From the NCBI RefSeq assembly GCF_037042905.1, contig NC_087245.1, forward strand, positions 18,972,001-19,036,000: DNA of 64,000 bases, written 5' to 3'. Below are positions 54,484-64,000 of the stretch, piece after piece (positions within the stretch are counted from its first letter, which is position 1; each line of letters opens with the position of its first letter). The translations under genes were made by a program, and so were the position numbers. The notes under the pieces were generated by a model. The model was not told the DNA's origin, ran no database searches, and saw only the letters and a program-made list of their open reading frames with translations. The stretch is from Lytechinus pictus (lineage: Eukaryota).

Positions 54484-54902
54484 AGGTGGTTTCAGACCGC
54501 CTCAAAGTTCGTCAGTTCCAGGTATTTTGGCAGTGTGAAAGCAAATTACGCATAATCTCCCCGAAAGAAAATACCCGCTAAATAGTAGGTACTTGTCAAA
54601 ATTACAAGAACTTTCGCTGGAATTTTTCCAGGGTCGCAGGTATTTAGGCAGTGTGAAAGCAAATTACAGGAACTTTAAGCCCAGCGTGTAGTTGTGCGCG
54701 GCGCCGTAGGTGGCTGCTGAGCTAGCGATTTTTAATCTCGCGCCTTGCTTACATATCAGACCATACTGCGCATGCTTGTAACTTCAGGAACTTATCCCGA
54801 AGGGTATAGTTCGGGGTGGTGCGAATGCAGGAATTTTTTTAGCCTGAAAAAGTTCTCGTAATTTAACAGGGATTCTTGTGATCGAAGCGTTTGAAACCAC
54901 CT
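54484..54902 (-). mobile_element. MITE family B, copy 2
   Basis: TIR AGGTGGTTTCAGACCGC...GCGTTTGAAACCACCT, with flanks AAT/CAT. Reverse complement of 38568-39033 with small deletions. Confidence 0.9.
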
Positions 54903-55068
54903 CATGAAAGAAAGCATATCTTGGATGAGCACAAAAGGCCAGGAACAATCTGTCCAAGATAAATAGAGTGACAAGTGAGGTAGAACTTGTTAAAATTAAA
55001 ATTGACTAAAGATGGGGCTTGAGCAATTTAAATAGCAAGTTTACTTACAAAAGAAGTGGGTCATGTTT

Positions 55069-55468
55069 AGGCGGTGCTGCACCATCCTGAGTTTGCTCAA
55101 TCTCGAGATTTTAGCCCGATCGGCACTCTTCGCGATTAATCTCGAGATTCAAGAAACCCCGTCTCCACCATTGCAAGAAGTGCGATTCCTGCTCGAGCGA
55201 GGCATCGATGCATTATGGTCTGACGCCGTGAATAAATAATCCTGAGTGCGTCTGCACCTGCGAATTAGCGCGATAATTCGTAAAATAGCGCGCTATTTTG
55301 CTAATAATCCCAAGTTGACTTGGGATTGCAATCTCGAGATTAATCCTACGTACTAGCGCGATAATTGCGTCTCCATTACAAATAATCTTGAGATTGTTCA
55401 GATCGGGATAATTTGCCGGATCAGAAATAGCGCGCTAATTTTAAAACTCGGGATGGTGCAGATGGCCC
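55069..55468. mobile_element. MITE family A, copy 2 (inverted relative to copy 1)
   Basis: CTGCACCATCCTGAGTTT...AAACTCGGGATGGTGCAG. Near-identical reverse complement of 1-391. Confidence 0.92.
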
Positions 55469-55781
55469 GTGTGTGACATCAAACAGAAGTGTGATTTTGA
55501 AAGTTTTATTTCATTTTGAAATTCCTGTGAATTTCAAAATGAAATTTAACTTTCAAAATCATATTAGTGATATCTAACATTTTCAGATTGTTAACTCATT
55601 AAGTCAAGATTTGTCATAAGAATGGCCCATTTGATGAAATTTTAAGCATCTTAGGGGTCTGATTTTTCTTTATCTGTTCAAAATGAAATTACATACAGGC
55701 TGGAATACCCCTTTTATGTAACTTGAGCACTCTACAGAGTGGATTTGGTGCCGTAAAAATCTCATTATTGTTATTATATAT

Positions 55782-58356
55782 GGGCAATTCCATGGAAAAT
55801 GTTCACTTTCGAGAAAAAATGAAGTTTCAGATTTCACTTAAGCAGTCAAATTTTCTTAAAAAGTAATCTATAAAGTTTCAATTTCCAATAGAAAAATCAC
55901 AATATTGATAAAATTTTGTGTTTTTTTCCATCATCAAAAAAATAAAATAATAAATTGCAAAATCTAAAAAATGTGGCTATTTTTAAACAATTCATCTTTC
56001 CTGTCTCTACTAAAAGCAAATAAGGTCCCACAGGTCTCTTTTAACTTTTGTATCGATGATTAATGTTTAAATCAACAGAAAATCATTGTTATATTTCATG
56101 CCATTCATCAATTTTAGAGAAATCGATCTTCAGATTAATGTGATTTCTTTACCATTATCAGTGTCATGTCCGTTACGTTTTTCACTTAAAGTTTTCACAG
56201 CTTACAGGAAATTTGTCTGAAGGTACTGCAGATTCAGATTCTATGTTAGAATTAAACCCCCTACCATGTGTAGCAATCATTTTCCCTGACCACTTCTCAT
56301 TTTCATAAAAATGGCGTAACGGACATGACAATTCGCGTAACGGACATGACACCTAATATATGACAAAAGGCAGCATTCACAAAAACAAAATATTAGGCTC
56401 AGTGTCACAGACTGTGGTCAGTCTCAATTGCTTGAGGATAGCTGGATGTAATAACTCCTAGAATCTGCATGTCATTCTAGCTATTTTTAGAAGTTGGTAA
56501 ATGATGAAAGTTCAGCTCTTGTTCTGGTATATTTTTCTGAGAATTAACGGTATGCCACATAATATTAGGATAAGATGCAGCTAAATCTGGCAACATACTC
56601 AGATCACAATCTGCATCATTTGTGTTTGAACAATAATTGATTATCTTTAGGTGTTTGCACTGACAGTTTGGAGCATGATAAAACTCCAACTTGTGAATTC
56701 ATGAGATCTTTGATGACATTGCTTCAAAGTATCTGACTTTCACCAACCCTCAACTTCTTCAGTGATGGCACTGGCTCACATTTAAAACAAGTTTGTAAAT
56801 ATTCAGATATCTGTGTTACATGATGTAGCTCTATGAATCCATGAATCTACAGTGGCACTTCTTCATATCACAAAGCAAAGAGGCTGTGGAAGGAATGTGG
56901 CGCGATCAATAAATTATGTCATCATAGTATTTTGGTCAGCCATAATCATGATTTGAATGATGTATCTTCGTTTGTACACAAGCAGCGCAGACAATACAAT
57001 GAAATTAGATACAGCCACATTTGTCAGCAAGCAAGATCGTAAGATTTAGTACATCCAAGATTTGATGAAAGGATGATTATACCAAGGATCTTTATTTTGA
57101 ATGAAAAAAATCTCAGAAGCGATTTACAAACATTCCGATTACCTTATAACTCGTACATAATCGATAATGAAAGACTGGTTTCCAGGTACTGCTATTAAAA
57201 TTTAAAATACTTTTTAATATCATTTTTTTAATCTTGAAATTGACATTAATACTAGTACATATTCTTTATCATAAAATACATTTTATAATACAGGTGTATG
57301 TTCATCTTGGATTTAATCAGGTCTGGTACATTTTGTTTTCTTCTCACAAAAAATCTGATTTGCTCTTCTCAGTGTGCCTATGGTACTATTAAAGCATTGT
57401 ATTCTATATAAAATTATCATGTGGGCTATAGCTATTAAATTAATAATACCTGCCAAAAGTGCCAATAATATCTACATTTTTTTCTTAAGAATGTTAGTAA
57501 AGGTACTTTGCTGTTACATATAAATTACATTCATTATTCATATTTCTTTCATTTTGCAACTAAGAAGTGCTGATGAAGTTCACTTCGGAAGGGTGTCATG
57601 TCCGTTACGCTAGTGTATATTGTCAAATAGTAAGCCATGAATAAAAAATAATCTTTACTATCAACTTTTTCTCTTTTAATTAGATGTGGCGGATGGTAGT
57701 AACTGGAAAATAATCATTAACTGTTGTTAACTGGTGTAAAAGAAATTTTTCCAAATATTTTTTTGTTTTATAAATATTGTACGCAAAGCCCCCCTCTCAA
57801 ATTGCAAAATAATAGGAGATATTACAGATTACCAGTTATGATGTGTGTCTCTAACCTCTAGCCTTAACAAGTAACCAATTAGACTTGTACCATATCTTGT
57901 AATAAAATAATTATATACGCTTACAAAAAGTGGACGAAACTGTCATGTCCGTTACGCTTCATGTGTCATGTCCGTTACGCTACATTTTGAGCTATGAATA
58001 CAGAATGCACTGTAAAACTTTTGTTAAACACCATTTTATGGATAGAGCATGATCTTAAGGTTAAATTAACACCAGCGTCAGGTGCATGCAATCTAAGAAT
58101 TCACAGGAATTTTGATAAGCAATAGGAGGTAAAAATGCTTCGTCCATTTCGTGTCATGTCCGTTACGCTGACAAAGAGTGCAATTTCTCCGCAACTTTTC
58201 AACGAAACGATTTGAAATTTCATGTGTATGTAACTGATACTTAATTGTGTCTGATAAGCTCAGTAGCAATTATCAAAAGACTGCTAATTCTACTGTATAA
58301 ACCTTTGAATTACAAACATTTGTCTGAACGTCATGTCCGTTACGCTGGAATTGCCC
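55782..58356 (+). mobile_element. Non-autonomous Sola2-like DNA transposon (element S2) with a decayed transposase core
   Basis: 11-bp TIR GGGCAATTCCA...TGGAATTGCCC. 4-bp TSD ATAT (55778-81, 58357-60). Eight identical GTCATGTCCGTTACG motifs at 56163, 56316(rev), 56337(rev), 57595, 57942, 57965, 58153 and 58330. Transposase-like motifs inside. Confidence 0.9.
56510..56910 (+). pseudogene. Decayed Sola2-type DDD transposase fragment
   Basis: Ordered, frameshifted motifs: YFSEN* (56530-47, cf. DFSENY), *DKMQ (cf. QDEIQ), FFSDGTGSHLKQ (56755-90, cf. FSDGxxxQFK) and WHFFISQSKEAVEG (56853-94, cf. WxFFATSHGKGAVDG). Reference motifs are recalled from memory, not searched. Confidence 0.7.
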
Positions 58357-60015
58357 ATATCCTTCTCACTAAAAATAAATGTACAACTATAAATCACTTA
58401 GTAGTACAGGGATCAACTACGAGTTCCAAGCAAGAGCCCTACAATGTACACATGAAAGTCATCTGAGCAGGCACTCTTTATGGAATTGCTCCCCCACAGC
58501 AGAGGGGAAGATCAACGGTCATCTCCACCTCAACAGTTCTCCCTGCCCACACTCAACCGCACTATATCCAAACCAGTCCGTGTCTATTTCAATGCTTACT
58601 ACGCCTGTGGCTCTTTTCCCTTAAATGATTTTTATAGCTCTTGAATGTCATCGGTATTTCAAACCGATGAGAGAGCTTTGTAAAATGCAAAAATTCATCC
58701 CATTGTTGGGACTGACAAAAGGGTTTTTTCCAGCAGATTTGGCCTCTGTATTCTCATTGTGGTAGAGGATAAAGCCACACAATCTCGGAGAAAGAAAATG
58801 CTACTTTCTGTTCAAGTTATGGCGAAAAATACTGTACAGCTGCAGACGCCTTAGATTTTATCCATAGGATTTATTTTTGAGCATCTTTAGCCAATTGAAA
58901 CCGTTTTGAACAAGGTGAAATGTAATAAAATTATATGTACCATTTTTACCACATGCAGTTTTCACTTCTTAGAAAAAGTGTAGGCCTACTGGTACAAAGA
59001 GATTCACTCAGTGTATATCCCTTGATAAAATATATAGGATGGGTATATAGCTATATCTCAATCACAGTGATTCAAATCCTTATCAAATGATTGACTGAAT
59101 TCTATCACATGATCAGTCTTTCATTTCACGTATTAGCAAAAATAACTTTCCAGTGATACTACAAATATTGTTTTACACCAACTTAGACATTCAGCAATGC
59201 AACAAGCACTTGAAGATGAGGATCATTTTATCATATTATAAAACAAACGATGCACATAAATCTGTTGGGCAATAGTAATTTTTTATCCTCTTGAAACTTT
59301 TCAAAATGCACTTGGCTTCACATTATGTCTTTTAGACTGTTCCATAGTTAGGTTTGGTATATTCAACACATACCTGAAATGTTATTCTTCCAGTGCAAAT
59401 TAAGAGAATATTACAATATTTCTAATAAAAATGAAACAATAAAAGAACTACTTACCAATTCTATTGTAATTGATTGTCAATCCTTTACCCTCAGTGTGCT
59501 TTATCCAAACAAGATAATTCAACAAGACCAAGTTTCACACTGGCCAATAAGTTTATTGAATTCTTGTTATTTCACAAGTTCTTAATTAACTTCTCTTTCA
59601 AAAGCCTTCAGAGTGAATGAAAGTTCATCAATTCTGGACACAGTACATCCACACTGGGAGATGATCCAAGAAAAATGTATTTGGTTTGAAATGGCTCAAT
59701 AGAGCACACAACTGCCAAGTTCAGCAAGATTCCGTAAAAATTTTGCAAGGTTCCGAAAGGATGTTCTTGAATGTTTGAAGACGTTGCACCCTTCTAGTAG
59801 AATGCTGCGCACTGATGAATACCGTTGATCCACTCGTGCACACTCTCTACCGAAGATACAACTTTGTCTCTTCAAATATACGCATTCCCAATACAAAGTA
59901 TGAATATTCACAATGTAAACAACAATGAATATTCACAATGTTAAACATGAATATTCAATAGGTTCATCCCATCACATCAGCTTTCGAAGATAAACGTACA
60001 AAGAATGCTTCTTAC

Positions 60016-60176
60016 TGTTCAATATTTGCATGATTTAGGGGGGTCAACTGCGTAGTTTTTAGATCCTTCTGTGGTTAGGATGTCTTTCAATCCAATTTAA
60101 AGTTGCATTTCCAAGAGACTTGTTCCGTCTTGCACACTTTGATGAGGTAATTAATTACAGTTGGAAGAACACTATC
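60016..60176 (-). other. Candidate non-coding exon (3' boundary uncertain)
   Basis: Strong minus-strand acceptor TTCTTGTTTTCCCCTTCTTTCATTATAG at 60177. Possible donors ACA|GTAAGA (60015) or TTG|GTAAGT (59455). Confidence 0.45.
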
Positions 60177-61459
60177 CTATAATGAAAGAAGGGGAAAACA
60201 AGAATTTATTTTTCAAGTCTAATATCAATTCATAAAGGAACATACATGTAGGTGTACAACATTTTATGTCGTACAAAAGTAGCTTTCAAATCTATTAAAT
60301 TCCTATGGTGATACCTAATGTAGCGTTTGGCTGCGCCATCAATCTGAGTTTTGAAATACGAATATGACTAAATCAAGATGCATCAACCAAAATTATTCAC
60401 ATCACATGTCCATTGCATTCTTCTTTAATCCATCAAATAGTATGGAAGCTGGACATTTCACCTCCACATGTGCATCTCAACCTAATGCAGTAGGGCCTAA
60501 TGATGCATTAATACCAGTTCCTGCAAAGAATGATTCTGTGATTTTCATCTTTGCAACAAGAAATCGCTCGATCTAAGAACTGTCGAATCCATTACCATGA
60601 TCAAAGAACTTGCGCTCTCGTCAAATACATGTATGAAATAATGTCAACTGTCACAAATGTACGTGTGGGAAAGATCATCTCATTCTACTTTAAAATACAA
60701 TCTTCAGTCATTTTAAAGAACCTAAGGATATAAATTAATATCATCCTCTGTTCTCTTTGAAGGAAAAACTGAATCTCTAGAATATGGTTAAAATGTTATC
60801 CCCTACAATGAACCCAAAGCAATTGGCCTATTTCCTTTCACAGGGTGAGAATTGTGTATCCTTTACAAAATTTTCAAAACCTGATTTTAAAAAGTCACAA
60901 TTGTATGTATTGGGAAGACCCTTAAAAGTCACAAATGTCAGGAGAGGACATGTACAAGCTCTAATTTTTTTCAGAAATTGGAATCGAAAAAGAGGCAGGA
61001 GGCAAAAAACTAACATTTGTCCCACTGTGGTGGAAGTCAGAAGAGCGGATATAGGCGTTCTCTGCAACATGTCAAGTACAGAGGACTGTATGATACTTCA
61101 GGAAATTGTATGAATTTAACCCTATTTCAGTGTGTGTTTCTACATGCAGACTCAAGTAAATCATCAATGTATTCAAGATTATTAGTAATACACAAAATGT
61201 CCATGAAACCATACAGTTTCATTATATATGTATAATCAATATATTTCCAATGGATTTTCAACATTATACGAAACGTGTACCAAAACTATGTGCTAGCCTA
61301 ATTCAAATGCCAGTGACTCTCTTCTGTGAACAGTCAAATCTTATAGCACCGTAAATACATGTAAACTGCATGACTGCATGGGGAAGGTTGAGTTCATGGG
61401 TAAGAATATTTCATTTAAGTTAAATAAATCAAATAAAAATAAACATATGGGGAAATGAA

Positions 61460-61900
61460 TTAATATACACTCAACGTTCTCGCTACCACGCGTCACGGTT
61501 GGCGGGCGCCGACAACCCTGAAAATTTTCAGGGCAAATCCGCCAACCGTGAACTTCCCCGACAACCGTGGCCGACAACTGTAAAACAGGCCTAGATCCAC
61601 ACAAAAAACTGAATAATATATTTAAAATAAAAACAATCTGCTTTTCAGATCCTAAAATAAACTTGTCGATTATTTCTTCCACGATTTCTTCCCGGGATTT
61701 CTTTGCTTCGCTACTATGCTGTATACGATACGACCTCGACTCGAGGCCCAATTTAACTCTCTCTCTCTTATGTGGGAAGTGCGAAGATGTTTACCTCGCA
61801 TTTGCGTATCGCATTGCTCTCATTATTTACGTCTTTAAAATGGTAGTAAAATACGCTCAAAAATAAAATGAGAAGAGAGGGGTACCGTGGGTTACTGGGT
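61460..61900 (-). promoter_or_regulatory. CpG-rich candidate promoter/first-exon region of the minus-strand transcription unit
   Basis: Sharp transition from CpG-depleted sequence to CpG-rich sequence with no obvious repeat character. Minus-strand donor GAG|GTAAAC at 61794. The candidate downstream exons all lie on the minus strand. Confidence 0.5.
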
Positions 61901-63017
61901 TGGGCAATGTAATCTAGATGTTACGAATTTCAGTTGATATTGTCATTTATTTTGTCAAAAGTAAAGTGTGTCAAAAAATAATATAAAAATTCGATCGAAA
62001 TTTAGTTTCATCTCGTCCCAGGCCCCAGCCTTATTATAGCTACATCTACATGAATTCATTGAATGCATTTCTGATGACACTGCCGTAGAACGAATTGAGA
62101 AAATTATTAAAAGATCACGTTAATAATGACAAAGCCACAGCCACAGGAATGGATTGATATAATGTCCAACTCATTTACTTACAGCAAAATGATTATTCAC
62201 ATTTATATTCCAATTTTACTCCATAATTTCCAAAGTCTTGATCTCTACATCGATCTTTTGAAAGTGTTGATTAATTTCGCGACGGTGTGTCTACCAAGTT
62301 CTGTGTCACTGCACTAGTGCTCGCCATGGCCACATACATAATACAAATCGCACATGGCATCAAAATCTATCCGAGTCTTCCAAAATTAGATGGGATCCAA
62401 AACCGATTTGAATGTTTTTTTTTTCTTCAGATATTCATTGAATCTGTTATAATTTTCATAAGTAATAATCTTTATTAATTTTATTCACGCTTTTTATCAT
62501 ATTACGACTCATTTTTTTATGTGAGTTATACGTACAGTGTATTTTCATTTGTATTGTTCTTTATTACTCTTTGCCTGCCAATTAAATAATGAACGCACCT
62601 GTCACCGTCCTGAGAAATGTTTTTAGTCATTACAGTGAATGCTTCATGAATTTGTTGTACAATTGCTTAACAACTCCCGGTAACAACTACGATTTAAAAT
62701 AAAATATTATTTGAAATTAATTTGTGTAAAGGAGAAAGAGAATAATGGGAGGTGGTCGTGGGCAATATAAATTAAAATGATGGGATGTTTGTGACTTTGT
62801 GGGGGAGGGGATTGGCGAAAAGAAGTCAATGTTCGGAGCGAATTAAATTAATATTCTTTTATGGATGTGTCTACTGTGATTGTGGCTGCATAATCTTTAT
62901 GGCGAGTGGAAAATTAACCCTTGGACTTGGTCGGGAGGGGTACGTGATTCAATAGATTTCAATAAAAGTACACATTCGACAAAGTGGAATTGACAATTCA
63001 TTCACAGATATTCATTT

Positions 63018-63169
63018 CAGGGCCGCGGAAACAGGGGGGGGGGGCTGGGTGGGCTTCAGCTCCCCCACTTTTTTTTCCAAAACCGTGTACAAAAACAGGA
63101 CCACCTGATTGCGTTTTTTGCATGATGGTCAGCCCCCCCCCCACTTTCAAGACCTTTCCGCGGCCCCTG
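63018..63169. mobile_element. Short hAT-like MITE with 5-bp TSD
   Basis: TIR CAGGGCCGCGGAAA...TTTCCGCGGCCCCTG. CATTT duplicated at 63013-17 and 63170-74. Confidence 0.8.
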
Positions 63170-63429
63170 CATTTCAAGTACGAATTATTGAAGTTGATAT
63201 GTGTGAACGTTTTAGAGGATATGTATTTCGTTTGCCCACGCCCACATGAGTCGCTAGTATAATTTGAATATCGCTGGATGAATTTTTCAATTTCACTTAC
63301 GTCGTTATATATGTTTTATATCGGAATTGTGTTTTATATATAGAGTTATCTTTACAACGTCGTTAGCCTAATTACTGCGAGTGGATTATATTTATGAAAT
63401 GAGTTGGAATGTGAACGAGACGCCCCAAA

Positions 63430-63660
63430 GCCGATGGCACGTGATCTAATTAGTATTCACTTTCTGGGTTGAGCCAATCATTGTGCTTGAAAACGGGTTT
63501 CCCCGAATTCCCGCCCTTGGAATGACTGTGTACCATGTGCGTGACCTGTTAACATGTTGTACGAATGCGAATCAGCTGGTTTCGTGACCTCAAATATTCT
63601 TCATGTTGTTTACGCTGGATGGGGGCTATAAAAAGATCTTTCTGACTCTTTTTTTTTTTT
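63430..63660 (+). promoter_or_regulatory. Candidate RNA polymerase II promoter
   Basis: E-box CACGTG 63438, AGCCAATCA 63472, kB-like GGGTTTCCCC 63495, CCCGCCC 63510, Fox-like TGTTTAC 63607 and TATAAAA 63627, in CpG-retaining context. Confidence 0.5.
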
Positions 63661-64000
63661 CAATTTTAATAATCTGTTCGTGAATTTCTGTAACTTGAAA
63701 ACTGATGCAATTTATTGAATCACGTACCTCGATCTTCCCACTCATGGTGCAAGAAAATATTTTTAAAAATTCAAAATCGCCAAAATATACATGTAAAGAA
63801 AGATTATTCAGCCGTCATCATCAGTAGTAGTATAGACAAGTCTATAAATATGCATTCGCTTCGAATATTGACTTCTTCACCAATCCCACACACACGTACG
63901 ATCTCAACATCCCCTTGTCATTGTCCACGCCACGACCCCTCCCCTTTCGCGCTCCCCCTTCGACCATCCTAGCTACAACCCTCCCCCCCTCTTCCTCTCT

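Noticed and set aside
1-61400. Abundant TGCATG/CATGCA as Rbfox sites
   Set aside because: Present on both strands and expected from the TG/CA excess caused by CpG deamination.
61341-61751. 136-aa minus-strand ORF in the promoter-like region
   Set aside because: Non-ATG start and no recognisable domain; likely a chance ORF.
360-63972. Remaining 60-110 aa ORFs in the supplied track
   Set aside because: No recognisable domains, many non-ATG starts or repeat overlaps; consistent with chance in AT-rich DNA.

Overview
AT-rich eukaryotic (animal) genomic DNA with no intact host protein-coding gene that I can identify. Composition and repeat types suggest a marine invertebrate deuterostome such as a sea urchin, which is an inference. 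Most of the window (1 to ~61.4 kb) looks like the CpG-depleted first introns of a large minus-strand transcription unit. Its CpG-rich promoter would lie at ~61.4-61.9 kb, with short candidate non-coding exons at ~60.1, 50.9 and 44.35 kb. A second, plus-strand TATA/CCAAT promoter candidate sits at ~63.4-63.65 kb. The only long ORF is a 5'-truncated CR1/L2-group LINE reverse transcriptase. The introns hold many non-autonomous DNA transposons (Harbinger-, Kolobok-, piggyBac- and hAT-like MITEs) and tRNA-derived SINE relics. The most striking observation is a pair of Sola2-like elements (3200-5477 and 55782-58356) with no obvious internal similarity. They share related short TIRs, 4-bp TSDs and a 5+3 array of eight related 14-bp motifs at nearly the same distances from their ends. 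Three MITE families also occur as inverted pairs bracketing two of the candidate exons.
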